Below are positions 1-10,922 of a stretch of 64,000 nt of DNA, one piece after another. Numbering within the stretch: position 1 is the stretch's first letter; each line of letters starts with the position of its first letter. Below the pieces are notes generated by a model, which was given only the letters and a program-made list of their open reading frames with translations, made no database searches and was not told where the DNA came from. The stretch is from Leptospira sp. (GTDB lineage: Bacteria > Spirochaetota > Leptospiria > Leptospirales > Leptospiraceae). Both the position numbers and the translations under genes were made by a program. The stretch is taken from positions 96,001-160,000 of the forward strand of contig JAWXAQ010000033.1 of the NCBI GenBank assembly GCA_034439575.1, given 5' to 3'.

Positions 1-1630
1 CAGTATGGATGGAAACTCGTATCCTCACAGGCGTTTCTTTGTTTTCAGGATGAAACCACTTTTGCATTTCTGCAGCCGCTCTCAGAGCAAAAACAGGAGA
101 AGGGAAGGATGCCATAATCGCATCACCTATGGTTTTAACAACCGTTCCTTTTTCTTTTGTAATCATGGAATAGGCTTTGATAAAATGTTCTCTAACCTGA
201 AGGAATGCCCCGTGATCACCGACTAACTCATAGAACTTTGTCGAACCTACGATATCTGTAAATAGTAAAGTTTGCATTCCTATGTCTAATTGGAGATTGG
301 TCGCTATCGCTTCTTCTGAGAAAAGGTCACGGAAATCATTGAAATTAAATAATTCTTTGGGACGAAGGCTCAATTGATCTTCTTTTCTTTCTTCTATAAC
401 GATGGTTACGTTTTCGTCGGAATTGTTTTGAAATACAAGCCCTGGCTTAGTTTTTACTTGTATTTCATTTTCACCACTTTCATCTAACCAAACAATTTCT
501 TTGTCTTCGAATTTATCGTTTACTTCCACCAAATTGTACTTTGGTTTTCCTTTTTTGCGGAGACGATAATACCCATTTTGTATAAGAAGATTTGAGGAAA
601 AAACTTTTCCCGCAGGTACATTTTTATTGAGTAAAATATGTTTTTTTGTAGCAGGTTCTGCGGCACAAAAAATTTGTTTTTCAACGATGCGGACAGATGG
701 GTGAAGATGAAACGTAATTTCAATGGAATTTTGACCAGTGGTTTCAAATTCAACTTCACATACTTCGCAATCATCCTTTTCGGGAAGATCACCTAATTTC
801 TGTAATGAGCTACGAACCCCTCTGCAATGGGGACAAATGATATCCCAACTTAACGTGAAAATCCCTAACCTACATCCATATAGAAAAAATTTTAACAGGA
901 TCTCAAAATCTAAATTCAATTTATGCGATAGACTTTTGATTCGTATGCGATCCAATTCATTGTCACTGGATTCTTTTAAGTATTTAAAAACTGTATCTAT
1001 GATTGATTCAGGAATGCCTTCTTTAATCAAATTGGGCCGAACCTGTTCCATTTTTTCAGGATGGGTCCAATGCACTTCCCCAATAAAAGTAGGGATGTTG
1101 TTAAGAGATTTTTTTTTGTTTAGGGCATTTGAATTAATTTCCTGAATTTCCAATTGTATGGAATCAAATGCTTTTTGAAAGTCCTCTTGTAACTTTGGCA
1201 TCGCGTATTGCAAAAGTTTTCGCATAATAAAATTCTTTGGTATCCAGCCAAAATATATAAAAAGTCTTGAACGTGAATCACCATGCGGCTCTAAAAAAAA
1301 TCGAGTCCGCAAAAAATGTCCAAAACCTTTGCTATAAATTCTACCATTGCCAATTTCTTTTAGATATTCCCATTCCCATGGAACTTCTTCCCATTCCAAA
1401 TCAAATCCTGCTTGTTTGGTGGTACCATGAAGCACTCCATTTTTTTCTTCGTATTTAAACTTGGGTAAACCCATTCTTTGGTTCAAGGAAGAAGTATCAA
1501 TCAGATAAGGCCAAATTTCTTCCCTTGTGACTTTCAATTCGAATTCAAAAAGGTAATTCAATGGTTTACTTAGTTTTAACCATTTATCTTCCCAGGGAAA
1601 TTTGTTTAATATATAATTTAAATCTATCAT
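1..1630 (-). CDS. Class III adenylate/guanylate cyclase with N-terminal DUF5939-like region (3' end runs off the window; missing from the ORF track)
   Basis: Translated by hand. ATG at 1630 overlaps the upstream stop (ATGA). Start MIDLNYILNKFPWEDKW; zinc-ribbon-like HCPHCRG...DCEVCE; catalytic motifs LLFTDIVGST and VVKTIGDAIMASF. Confidence 0.9.
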   Translation of the reverse strand, partial: MIDLNYILNKFPWEDKWLKLSKPLNYLFEFELKVTREEIWPYLIDTSSLNQRMGLPKFKYEEKNGVLHGTTKQAGFDLEWEEVPWEWEYLKEIGNGRIYSKGFGHFLRTRFFLEPHGDSRSRLFIYFGWIPKNFIMRKLLQYAMPKLQEDFQKAFDSIQLEIQEINSNALNKKKSLNNIPTFIGEVHWTHPEKMEQVRPNLIKEGIPESIIDTVFKYLKESSDNELDRIRIKSLSHKLNLDFEILLKFFLYGCRLGIFTLSWDIICPHCRGVRSSLQKLGDLPEKDDCEVCEVEFETTGQNSIEITFHLHPSVRIVEKQIFCAAEPATKKHILLNKNVPAGKVFSSNLLIQNGYYRLRKKGKPKYNLVEVNDKFEDKEIVWLDESGENEIQVKTKPGLVFQNNSDENVTIVIEERKEDQLSLRPKELFNFNDFRDLFSEEAIATNLQLDIGMQTLLFTDIVGSTKFYELVGDHGAFLQVREHFIKAYSMITKEKGTVVKTIGDAIMASFPSPVFALRAAAEMQKWFHPENKETPVRIRVSIHT

Positions 1631-3600
1631 AACGGACGTATGGTGGCAATTGCTTCGCCATCACTTCCTCCTTTTATTTCTAAGATACCATCTTTTTCAC
1701 TTATAACAGAACAATTGGAAGTTGTTGTTTGAATCCCATTTGGATAAACGAATCTCGGAATGACTATTTGTGTGTTTGTACTTATCTTTGTATTTACATT
1801 CCATACAAACACAAATTCGCCAGTTTTTAACTTATAAAGCATTTTAACAGGTGTTCCTTGCGTAGCTGAAGCATACGGTCTACAAAAACCTTCTATGGCC
1901 CGACCGCCACCACCATATAAATCTACTTCGGAACCTTCCATTTTCTGATCTTCCGAATAGATGCTTAAGTCTTCTTGGTTCCAACCATCACCAATCATCA
2001 AATCGTTTTTGTTAGACGCTGTATAATTCCAAAGCGTGTTATTAAGAAATAATTCGTCCATTGCATTATACATACAATTTAGGGCGCGGATATGATTTTT
2101 CCATATACTCGGTTTTCGATTTCCATTTTTCCATTTTCTGTATGCCTTACCTGCCTTTAAATCAAACGGGATCCCGAATTCGCCAATCAGTGTTGGAATA
2201 CCATTCGCAACGAGTTTACTTGCGTTTTTGATACGCGTTAGTTGGTAAACATACATTTTTTTGATTCCATTCTCACCAAATACTGGATATTTTCGAATAG
2301 GATCAATGGTTATGGGATAAAGAAATTTTTTAAAGATCAAAGTAATCAAATCATACCAATGTGTCGCATTTACAGAATTAGCTGGAAGGCTAGCGTTCCA
2401 ATTTGGTTTCATGATTCCATCTGCCGCTTCTCTTTCAGCAAAAACCATCCAGTCACTGCGCACAGCTTGGATCTTTTCGCCTACTTTGCGGATAAAGGGA
2501 ATCATATAGTCACGATCAAAATCGATTTGTTTCCCTTTTACCATTTGGAAAAAATCATTTTTTTCTATAAAGGGTGTTCCATCTTTTGTTAGCGACCATG
2601 CTCCTTCCAATTGGAATGGGTCTCCTGGTGTATTTGGTAACCAGATTGACACCTTATTTTTATTAACTTCCTTGGTTTTTGATGGTACATACCCACCTCG
2701 AAGAACAGATAATTTCAAATCTGGCAATTCAATCGTATAACCATGTGAAGAATATAAAGCATCTATCGGAGACCAAGCGAGTCCAGGTTTCGCGGGGTCT
2801 TCGGCATTACCATGTATCCCCCGATCATTCATCGCCCTTCCTATAAAACCTTTGCCTGGTTCGTTTAAAGAATCAAAACCGAGTACATGCGAGAAATCTT
2901 TGACTCGTTTTGCAATTTCTATCATACAATTCAAATAGTGATCTTGTAAGTAGTCTTGGATATTTTTACCATCAATCAAAAAATTAGGAGCAAAGTCTCT
3001 TCCCCCAAAAAATAAAGTCCATAAAATAGCATTTCCCGCATATCTATAGTTTTGTGACCAGCACATAGTAGGATAATTATTTTCTTGGCGCGTGCCTGGT
3101 TTTGTATAATCATACAAGTTTTGCATGACTATGGATGCATCTGCTTCACCTAATTTTGTAAAATCGATTCCTACTTTTTCAAAAATCCAACCTGGTGCCC
3201 CGTCGCCCCCAGACATCCTAGACCAAACATCTTGGTGAAAATCGATAAAGATATAAAATCCGTATTCACCAGCTAACTTTGTAATTTCTGTGAGATAGTC
3301 CAAGTAGGTAATATCATATTCACTCGGGCCCTTGTGTTCAATGGCTTCCCAAGTAGTGAGAAGTCTCAGGCAATTGAATCCCCATTTTTTAAGTCGAGTG
3401 AAATGTTCATTTGCTTCCGTTAGGGGAAAAGGTCGACCGACAAAGCTTACATCTTTGTGATCGGAAAAGTTGGATGGGAAATGTGTGCCCCCATTTGGAT
3501 ACGGAACCTTGGTATCACCACCTAAATTGACACCACGCAATATGATTTTCCTGCCTGATTCATCTTCAAACCATTCACCATTCGTATGTAATTTCATCAT
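1627..3600 (-). CDS. Glycoside hydrolase family 5 (endoglycoceramidase-like) with GH5 C-terminal domain
   Basis: LRGVNLGG, TWEAIEH, DFHQDVWSR, acid/base SLNEP, nucleophile IGEFG, WNY, RPY motifs. Confidence 0.9.
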   Translation of the reverse strand: MMKLHTNGEWFEDESGRKIILRGVNLGGDTKVPYPNGGTHFPSNFSDHKDVSFVGRPFPLTEANEHFTRLKKWGFNCLRLLTTWEAIEHKGPSEYDITYLDYLTEITKLAGEYGFYIFIDFHQDVWSRMSGGDGAPGWIFEKVGIDFTKLGEADASIVMQNLYDYTKPGTRQENNYPTMCWSQNYRYAGNAILWTLFFGGRDFAPNFLIDGKNIQDYLQDHYLNCMIEIAKRVKDFSHVLGFDSLNEPGKGFIGRAMNDRGIHGNAEDPAKPGLAWSPIDALYSSHGYTIELPDLKLSVLRGGYVPSKTKEVNKNKVSIWLPNTPGDPFQLEGAWSLTKDGTPFIEKNDFFQMVKGKQIDFDRDYMIPFIRKVGEKIQAVRSDWMVFAEREAADGIMKPNWNASLPANSVNATHWYDLITLIFKKFLYPITIDPIRKYPVFGENGIKKMYVYQLTRIKNASKLVANGIPTLIGEFGIPFDLKAGKAYRKWKNGNRKPSIWKNHIRALNCMYNAMDELFLNNTLWNYTASNKNDLMIGDGWNQEDLSIYSEDQKMEGSEVDLYGGGGRAIEGFCRPYASATQGTPVKMLYKLKTGEFVFVWNVNTKISTNTQIVIPRFVYPNGIQTTTSNCSVISEKDGILEIKGGSDGEAIATIRPL

Positions 3601-4898
3601 ACAGTGATCTCATCCTTTTTATAAAACATTTGATAATAACCTAACAAAAAGAAGAAAACAATCAAAACTTCATCGTCTTGAAAATAACATTGTAATAGGC
3701 CTGATAAATAAAAGCCAGTCAGACCAAGTGTAATGTACATGGCTTGTTTTGTTACTTTTTGCATCACAAAACCATAAACGATGTTTAAGCCGAGTAAACA
3801 ATAAAGTGTGAGCGCAGGTAAACCGAAGATTGTTGCCTGATGAAAGAAATCATTATGTGAATGTCCCCTTTGCGTTACTTCATAAAAATAGGCAAGTTCA
3901 GGGTGTTCGATTTCTTTAACCTTTCGTGAAACTTCTATTTCTTTTGGATAGGCACCTGGACCAATGCCAAAGATGGGATTTTTTAAAATCAAAGGGAAGG
4001 TTGAATCCCAAATAAATGTTCTACCTGAATCTGTGTGTTTTTCTGAACCAAACAGAGGTTGTATGACTTTTTGGATCGCTTTCGATTGAGAATAAGATAT
4101 GCCGAGTAGAATGATGATAACCAAAAGAGAGATTCCCAATCTTTTGATTAATTTTCCAGAAAATTCTTTTTCCAAAAATACTAAAATATAAATGCCAAGC
4201 ATAACACTGAATAATGAACCTAACATAGCGGAGCGGGCGCTGTTTAGGAGGAAAACAAAACTAATCATAATTAGCGCAAAGTAATATAAAACTTTAATGT
4301 ATTTTGGCGCATTGGATTTCCATTTGTCATAAGCGGAAAAGAAAAAATAGGGATACACAAAGGATAGTAATCCACCAAACGTTAGGTGGGTGTTCATTAG
4401 GCCAATTGGTAAATATAGATTGGTTTTTAAAAAACTTCCATAGTGATGTTGGTAAGGCCAAGTAGCAGAAGTTTTGTACAAATCGGAAATCAACCGAGAA
4501 AGACGAATTGGCGAAAAGACGGAAACCAAACCCGAAATGAGAATTAGAAAGGAAAAAACGATAAATGCTTTTGTGACTTTGTCCCTATCTTCTTTTTTAA
4601 TTCCTTGGACTAAAAAGAATGCAGAAAGCAAGATCATATCTTTCAGCTCACCTTTCCAGGCTAAGATCAGAATTTCACGATCGAAGCCATTTGCAATTTG
4701 ATGGTATAGAAAGGAACTGAGTTGCCATCCATAAAATAGAATCAAAATCAAAAGAATGGGGGATCGGTAATTTGGTTTGTCTTTTTGAAACCAAAATGTA
4801 ATGAATGCGAGAAATAAAAAAAGCTGGCTCAAGGAAACAGAGATCGCGCAGGAAATGATGGACAAACAAACAAAGAATACATAGGCTCGGTATAACAT
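3597..4898 (-). CDS. O-antigen ligase (Wzy_C) family membrane protein
   Basis: Polytopic; NSARSA, SGRTFIW, PIFGIGPG, HSHNDF motifs. Confidence 0.85.
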   Translation of the reverse strand: MLYRAYVFFVCLSIISCAISVSLSQLFLFLAFITFWFQKDKPNYRSPILLILILFYGWQLSSFLYHQIANGFDREILILAWKGELKDMILLSAFFLVQGIKKEDRDKVTKAFIVFSFLILISGLVSVFSPIRLSRLISDLYKTSATWPYQHHYGSFLKTNLYLPIGLMNTHLTFGGLLSFVYPYFFFSAYDKWKSNAPKYIKVLYYFALIMISFVFLLNSARSAMLGSLFSVMLGIYILVFLEKEFSGKLIKRLGISLLVIIILLGISYSQSKAIQKVIQPLFGSEKHTDSGRTFIWDSTFPLILKNPIFGIGPGAYPKEIEVSRKVKEIEHPELAYFYEVTQRGHSHNDFFHQATIFGLPALTLYCLLGLNIVYGFVMQKVTKQAMYITLGLTGFYLSGLLQCYFQDDEVLIVFFFLLGYYQMFYKKDEITV

Positions 4899-4948
4899 TT
4901 CTGTAACTTAGAGTATAGATATGATTCATTTTGTAAAGAGGTTCCGCC

Positions 4949-6232
4949 TTGAGAGTTCTTTATTTTTCAGATACTTTTTTACCAAAAACCGACGGAGTTG
5001 CGGTTTCCATTAAGAACTTTTCAGAGCTTCTGACCTTAAGGGGTCACGAATTTACCATCTGCGCCCCTCGGTATGGCGAAGACGATTTTGAACGGATGGG
5101 TGATAATATCCAAGTGATTCGATTTCGTTCAGGATACTTGCCGTCTTATCCTGATATCAAAGTCGTATTGCCCTCTCCTGGGAAAATCAAAAAAGTGATC
5201 GAAGAATTCAAACCCGATTTGATTCACATTCACACGCCAGGATTACTCGGATTGTATGCGATCAATGCGGCAGAAAGATATGGCATTCCCTCGATTGGCA
5301 CCTATCATACGTTAATGGCGGAACAAGAAATGTATGTTTCGTTCTATCGTCTTTTTAAAATGGATAAATTATTTTTTAAGATCAATAAGTTTAAAAAGAA
5401 ACTGAATATTGATGAGTTGGATAAATATGTAAAATTTGATAATTTTAATATTCGAAAAAAAATCATTCTTAAAATTTGTAACGATTTATATAACAGATGT
5501 GATGTGGTTATTTCCCCAAGTCATCTCATCAAAAAACAGCTCATTGAATACGGTATCAATCGTCCCATCACCGTCGTTTCCAATGGAATGGACTTAAAAC
5601 GATTTACAGGCAAAGTGAAAAGCCTAAATAAAGAAGCACCAAAACTCTTACATGTGGGTCGTATTTCCTATGAAAAAAATTGTGATGTTGTGATCAATGC
5701 CTTCAAATTGATTTTAGAATCCTTTCCACAAGCAACACTTACCATCATTGGGGAAGGGCCTGCCATTGAATCATTACAAAGACAAGCAGAACATTTAGAA
5801 ATTCAATCCTCAGTTATTTTCACAGGATTTGTTCCGAATGCAGAGTTGCACAATGTATATCCAAAATACGATTTATTTTTGACAGCTTCGACTATGGAAA
5901 CACAAGGTTTGGTTGTATTAGAAGCGATAGCTTGTGGGGTTCCGGCTGTGGGTGTGGATTCATTCGCATTACCAGAACTCATTCAAGATGGAAAAAATGG
6001 ATACATTGCACCACCTTTTGATGTGAAACGTTTAGCAGAGATGTCCATTAAACTTCTGTCAGACGAAAAACAGTATAAAGAGTTTTCCAAAAATTCTATA
6101 GCAATCGCCTCTGAACATGCAATGGAAAGATGTGTAGATGATATGGAATCTGTTTATGAAAAAGTTGTCGAAGCCATGAAAGGCAAAGAGAAAAAAACAA
6201 GCCTCTTTGACCTTCTAATGGATTTTATGTAA
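4949..6232 (+). CDS. Glycosyltransferase family 4 (diacylglycerol glucosyltransferase-like)
   Basis: [38 protein letters not shown] motifs. Confidence 0.9.
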   Translation: MRVLYFSDTFLPKTDGVAVSIKNFSELLTLRGHEFTICAPRYGEDDFERMGDNIQVIRFRSGYLPSYPDIKVVLPSPGKIKKVIEEFKPDLIHIHTPGLLGLYAINAAERYGIPSIGTYHTLMAEQEMYVSFYRLFKMDKLFFKINKFKKKLNIDELDKYVKFDNFNIRKKIILKICNDLYNRCDVVISPSHLIKKQLIEYGINRPITVVSNGMDLKRFTGKVKSLNKEAPKLLHVGRISYEKNCDVVINAFKLILESFPQATLTIIGEGPAIESLQRQAEHLEIQSSVIFTGFVPNAELHNVYPKYDLFLTASTMETQGLVVLEAIACGVPAVGVDSFALPELIQDGKNGYIAPPFDVKRLAEMSIKLLSDEKQYKEFSKNSIAIASEHAMERCVDDMESVYEKVVEAMKGKEKKTSLFDLLMDFM

Positions 6233-6235
6233 AAA

Positions 6236-6667
6236 TCAACATTCGCCTTTGAGAGTGATGAGCAATTTGGAATTTTTCCAATTTTTTCCAAGTTTGGTTT
6301 CTAGTTCTTGTTTCATCAAACTATGAACCTTACTTTCAGTCTCAGCATCTAAATAAACGTCTATGATTTCACCTGTGGCTTCATTCAGTGCATGGTGATG
6401 TCTATCCAAATTGGAGTCATAAAGTGTGATTCCATTTTTGAGATCAAGTGTCCCTATAACACCTTTCTCAGAGAACAGTTTTAAGTTATTAAATACCGTT
6501 GCTCTTGATGCATGAGGGAAGTGGGTATTTACCAAATGAAATACATCCTCTGCCGTCAAATGTTGGTTAGCTGAAAGTATTAAATGAGCCATTTCCAATC
6601 TTTGGGAAGTTGGTCGAATCCCATAGGCTTCTAGGGTTTCTTTGGTTTTTTGGTAATTTGCATCCAT
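6236..6667 (-). CDS. perR: Fur-family peroxide stress regulator (PerR-like, no structural-Zn cysteines)
   Basis: RPTSQR, HLTAE, SRATVFNNL, YDSN..HHH..IIDV; divergent from catalase; ATG at 6667 has an AGGAG SD upstream (ORF track extends to 6703). Confidence 0.8.
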   Translation of the reverse strand: MDANYQKTKETLEAYGIRPTSQRLEMAHLILSANQHLTAEDVFHLVNTHFPHASRATVFNNLKLFSEKGVIGTLDLKNGITLYDSNLDRHHHALNEATGEIIDVYLDAETESKVHSLMKQELETKLGKNWKNSKLLITLKGEC

Positions 6668-6706
6668 TTCTTTCAACACTCCTACTTTCCTTTTTTTTGT
6701 CAATTA

Positions 6707-6766
6707 TTAGACTTAATCTAAAAAAAGTGCTTGTCTAATTATAAATTATATTTAGATTAAGTCTAA
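6707..6766. promoter_or_regulatory. Two 7-1-7 operator boxes (candidate PerR boxes) overlapping the divergent perR/ank-katE promoters
   Basis: TTAGACTTAATCTAA at 6707-6721 and its exact reverse complement TTAGATTAAGTCTAA at 6752-6766. Confidence 0.75.
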
Positions 6767-6822
6767 ATTTATATCAAGTTTTGAATTGTGCTCTTTTGGG
6801 CATAAGGAAAAGGAAAGCAGAA

Positions 6823-7380
6823 ATGGTCAAAATGGGAATTGAAAGCCAAGCGGCAGAAACAGCATCCACCTGGGAAACCTATAAAAAAACGGCAATTCCG
6901 CCTAAGGATTCAGATCATTTTGTATTTGAAATGGCAAGGAAGGGGGATCTTTCGCGCTTTTTGCAATTGGATGAACCGAGATGTTTCATTCACACGCGAA
7001 ATGAGAAAGGGCACACACTGCTCATGCTTGCTTGCTATCATGGCCACCTTTCCTTCGCTGAAACTTTAATTGCTCTGGGCAGTGATGTAAACTCAGTGGA
7101 TGACTCTGGAAATTCAATACTTATGGGAGTTTCCTTTAAAGGTCACCTAGATATTGTTAAAGCTCTCGTTTTTGCGGGTGCAGATGTATCATACAAAAAA
7201 CCTAAAGGGCAATCCGCATTCGACTATTCCGTGTTATTTGGCAGAAAGGAAGTTAGTGAATTTTTAGCTAAAAATATTGTGAACCATCAAAAATCCCATA
7301 GTCAAATTTTATCATGGATCAAATTTTTTTATATTACAGCTCGTCATTTTTTCTCAATCAAAAGCAGTAAGGAGGCTTAA
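6823..7380 (+). CDS. Ankyrin-repeat protein co-transcribed with catalase
   Basis: [30 protein letters not shown] repeats; 1 nt gap to katE; start chosen after an AGGA SD. Confidence 0.85.
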   Translation: MVKMGIESQAAETASTWETYKKTAIPPKDSDHFVFEMARKGDLSRFLQLDEPRCFIHTRNEKGHTLLMLACYHGHLSFAETLIALGSDVNSVDDSGNSILMGVSFKGHLDIVKALVFAGADVSYKKPKGQSAFDYSVLFGRKEVSEFLAKNIVNHQKSHSQILSWIKFFYITARHFFSIKSSKEA

Positions 7381-7381
7381 A

Positions 7382-8809
7382 ATGAGTACAAACCAATTAA
7401 CAACCGCAGGTGGACAACCAGTTTCGGAAAACCAACACAGTCTAACAGCTGGACCAAATGGCCCAGTTTTATTGCAGGACACACATTTATTAGAGAAACT
7501 TGCCCATTTCAATAGAGAAAGAATTCCAGAACGTGTAGTACATGCAAAAGGTGCGGGAGCTTATGGAGTATTTCGTTTAACAAAAGATATGTCCGAATAT
7601 TCTATTGCAAATGTTTTGCAAAGAGTAGGTAAGGAAACGCCCATCTTTTTAAGATTCTCAACTGTGGCTGGAGAAAAGGGATCGGCAGATACAGAAAGAG
7701 ACCCTCGTGGATTCGCTGTTAAATTTTACACAGAAGATGGAATTTGGGATGTCGTCGGAAACAACACTCCCGTTTTTTTTGAACGAGATCCTTTGAAGTT
7801 TCCCGATTTCATTCACTCTCAAAAAAGAGATCCTTTCACAGGTTATAAGAATCCAGTGAGAATGTGGGACTATTGGGCAAAGTCACCAGAAGCACTTCAC
7901 CAAATGACTATATTGTTTAGTGATCGTGGGCTTCCTGATGGATACAGGTTTATGCATGGGTTCGGATCTCATACATTTAGTTTGTGGAATGCGAAAGGAG
8001 AAAGGTATTGGGTAAAATTTCATTTTAAATCCAAACAAGGAATTAAAAACCTTAGCCCAGAAAAAGCCGCTGCACTTGCAGGAACTGATCCGGATTATGC
8101 GACAAGAGATCTATATGAAGCAATAGAAAGAAAAGAGTTTCCAAAATGGAAAGTTTGTTTGCAGATCATGCCAGAAAAAGAAGCTGAAACTTATTCTGTG
8201 AATCCGTTTGACCTAACAAAAACTTGGTCACATAAAGATTATCCTTTGGTAGAAATCGGTGAATTGGAATTAAATAAAAATCCTAGGAACTATTTTTTTG
8301 AAGTGGAACAATCGGCTTTTAGTCCCTCAAATTTAGTTCCAGGGATTGGAGCATCGCCTGATAAAATGTTGCAAGGAAGATTGTTTGCTTATCCTGATGC
8401 ACAAAGATACAGACTTGGTGGCAATTATCAGCTAATCCCCGTAAACCGACCAAAAAACAAAGTGGGGCATTACCAAAACGATGGCCTAAGATCAGAACCC
8501 GGTTTTGACTATGATAACTACGAACCAAATGGATTTAATGGTCCCGGGCAGAATCCAAAAGTAGCCGAACCGCCGCTTCACATTTCCGGTGATGCCGATA
8601 GGTACAATAGTCATAAAGGCAACGATGATTATTCGCAAGCTGGCAATTTGTATAGAATGTTAAGTATTGAAGAAAGAGATCGTATGACAACGATTATCGC
8701 AAATACGATGAAGTTTGTACCTAAGGATATCGTGAAGAAGAATGTAGATCATTTTTCAAAATGTGATCCAGAGTATGGCAAGAAGATCGCAGAAAAAGTA
8801 GGTCTATAA
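7382..8809 (+). CDS. katE: Monofunctional heme catalase
   Basis: [31 protein letters not shown], proximal ligand RLFAYPDAQ. Confidence 0.97.
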   Translation: MSTNQLTTAGGQPVSENQHSLTAGPNGPVLLQDTHLLEKLAHFNRERIPERVVHAKGAGAYGVFRLTKDMSEYSIANVLQRVGKETPIFLRFSTVAGEKGSADTERDPRGFAVKFYTEDGIWDVVGNNTPVFFERDPLKFPDFIHSQKRDPFTGYKNPVRMWDYWAKSPEALHQMTILFSDRGLPDGYRFMHGFGSHTFSLWNAKGERYWVKFHFKSKQGIKNLSPEKAAALAGTDPDYATRDLYEAIERKEFPKWKVCLQIMPEKEAETYSVNPFDLTKTWSHKDYPLVEIGELELNKNPRNYFFEVEQSAFSPSNLVPGIGASPDKMLQGRLFAYPDAQRYRLGGNYQLIPVNRPKNKVGHYQNDGLRSEPGFDYDNYEPNGFNGPGQNPKVAEPPLHISGDADRYNSHKGNDDYSQAGNLYRMLSIEERDRMTTIIANTMKFVPKDIVKKNVDHFSKCDPEYGKKIAEKVGL

Positions 8810-8819
8810 ACGAATGTTC

Positions 8820-8860
8820 GCCTGCTCTTTTGTTAGATCAAATAAGAGAGTAGGCTATTT
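8820..8860. terminator. Intrinsic terminator between convergent katE and 8869..9873
   Basis: GCCTGCTCTTTT...AAGAGAGTAGGC hairpin followed by TATTTTT. Confidence 0.65.
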
Positions 8861-8868
8861 TTCTAAAA

Positions 8869-9873
8869 CTATCTTGTGATGACTATGGATTGTATCACTT
8901 TGCCTTGTGAATTGTCTTCGTAAATCACTTCCGCTTTCAAGGAACGCATCGGCCAATACAATTGTATGGCTTCAATAAATTCGTAAGCCTTAATCGAATA
9001 ATCGAGTATGGTTACGATGAGGCTTAGATCAATAAACCTTTCTCTTTGAACTTTTTTAATTTCAGTATCTTTAGACGCGATAAGCCATTTATAAATACGA
9101 GTGGATCTATTGGCGGTGAGCAAATGGTCTAAATCCAATTTTGCCTGAGGCAATTCTGCTTTCACTTGATCAAATTTTACTTCAATGGGTAGGTTTTTGT
9201 TTTTTAAATTTTCTAGTTTTTTTGATAACTGTAAATCGAAAGTATCGTCGTCAACATACTGTAAGGTGTCACAAGTGGAATAAACGGTATCACATAAATT
9301 GCCATAACTTCTATGAAAAAAGAAAATTAGCATAATATCGTGGGTTGTTGGATGATATAATACCTTTGCATTATATTTTTCTAAACGTCCAAATACAATA
9401 TAAGATCTCATCCTTTTGAATATATTATAAGAAATACCAATGATATCACTAAACATGGGAACTTCAGTAAGTCCAAAACCTCTATAACCTATGTAATATG
9501 GTTCAAAGCCCACATTTCCACTGCGTTTTGAAATTTCACGAAAATATTCGAGAAATGGTTCTAGTTTAGGGTCATCGATTTTAATTTTTGGTGAAGTCAC
9601 TTCGATAAGAACTTTGCCTGAATTTTTACCAAGTTCTTCCCATATTTTGTCTACGGTTTTGGTTTCTCCGTCATACTCATATTTTATACAGGAATCATAA
9701 CATGAAATTTGTTCTTCATACTTGGCTTTGTTTGGTGAGGGGAGAGTATTTGCAATGAAATCGCTATCAAAATTATCGGAAGAAGTATCTTTTTTTGATT
9801 GTGAATATATAGGAGAGATAAGGGAGAAAATAATTAAATAAAAGAGAATTTGTAAAAGTTTAAAGTTCACCAT
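8869..9873 (-). CDS. Hypothetical exported protein
   Basis: 334-aa ORF with signal peptide, overlapping the upstream GT9 gene. Confidence 0.7.
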   Translation of the reverse strand: MVNFKLLQILFYLIIFSLISPIYSQSKKDTSSDNFDSDFIANTLPSPNKAKYEEQISCYDSCIKYEYDGETKTVDKIWEELGKNSGKVLIEVTSPKIKIDDPKLEPFLEYFREISKRSGNVGFEPYYIGYRGFGLTEVPMFSDIIGISYNIFKRMRSYIVFGRLEKYNAKVLYHPTTHDIMLIFFFHRSYGNLCDTVYSTCDTLQYVDDDTFDLQLSKKLENLKNKNLPIEVKFDQVKAELPQAKLDLDHLLTANRSTRIYKWLIASKDTEIKKVQRERFIDLSLIVTILDYSIKAYEFIEAIQLYWPMRSLKAEVIYEDNSQGKVIQSIVITR

Positions 9874-10922
9874 AATGTGTTCACATTCTGCAAAACCCGG
9901 ATCCGCCGAACAACATCTAGAGGATCAATCAGTTCCATACAAGCATGGTCTCCTCGCCAACATTTTACATTTCCATAAATAGAACATGGTCTGCAAGCTA
10001 GTTCAACTTGTAAAACTCCAGTATCCTCTTGTGCGAAAGGACCGAATCCAGAAATAGGATGTGTGGTTCCAAAAATTCCAATGACGGGTTTTTTTAATAG
10101 TGCCGCTATATGAACGTTAGATGAATCCATACCCACCATTAGGTCGAGTCGTTCCATGATCCCAAGTTCACCGCGAATTCCTAAATGTGCACCTTGTACT
10201 ATGTTAACTCTTTTTTCACCATTTTTAATGATTTCTAATTCGGGAAACTCATCTTTGCCGCCAAATAAAAATATATAACAATCTGAAAATTCTTCCAGTA
10301 AGATTTTTGTGAGTTGTTTAGATTTTTCAAAATTCCATTCTTTGAGTGCATGTCCTGCGAAGGGAGCAAATCCAAACCATTGCCCTTCCTTTTTATCAAG
10401 ACCTATCGATTTGAAATATTCTTTGGCAAAAATTTTTGATTCACCATCAACATTTAACCAAGGCCCTTTTCGAATGGGGGCTTCAAATCCGGCTTTTTTA
10501 AATACATTCAGATAACGATCTACAGTATGAGGTAGTTTTTCTAATTTTTTATTGAATCTTCTTGTTTGGAGTGATTTTTCCCTACGACCTTTGATGATTT
10601 TAAAAGATGGGACATTCTTCATCCAAAACAAAAATGAAATCATACGTGAACGTACGGAACCATGTAAGTCGATGATTTTATTAAATGGTCCAAGCTTTTG
10701 AATGTCGCGAAAGAGTTTCAATACTCCAAAAGGACCTTTGTATTTTTTTAAATTGATTCCTATGACATTCACGTTTGGAATATTATAAAAAAATGGTGTG
10801 AAATTCCCTCGTGTAACTACAGTTAATTGAACATTAGAATATTTCGCAGCTAAAGCAATCAAGGCGGGCGTTGTCAATGCGACATCACCCATTGCGGAAA
10901 ATCGCATGACAAGTAAATTCAT
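9867..10922 (-). CDS. Glycosyltransferase family 9 (ADP-heptose:LPS heptosyltransferase-like)
   Basis: RFSAMGDVAL, IDLHGS, MDSSNVHIAA, IFGTT motifs. Confidence 0.9.
   Translation of the reverse strand: MNLLVMRFSAMGDVALTTPALIALAAKYSNVQLTVVTRGNFTPFFYNIPNVNVIGINLKKYKGPFGVLKLFRDIQKLGPFNKIIDLHGSVRSRMISFLFWMKNVPSFKIIKGRREKSLQTRRFNKKLEKLPHTVDRYLNVFKKAGFEAPIRKGPWLNVDGESKIFAKEYFKSIGLDKKEGQWFGFAPFAGHALKEWNFEKSKQLTKILLEEFSDCYIFLFGGKDEFPELEIIKNGEKRVNIVQGAHLGIRGELGIMERLDLMVGMDSSNVHIAALLKKPVIGIFGTTHPISGFGPFAQEDTGVLQVELACRPCSIYGNVKCWRGDHACMELIDPLDVVRRIRVLQNVNTLW

Noticed and set aside
5-1458. Short ORFs 5..226, 520..792, 738..1145 and 1267..1458
   Set aside because: They are shadows of the long minus-strand cyclase ORF (1..1630).
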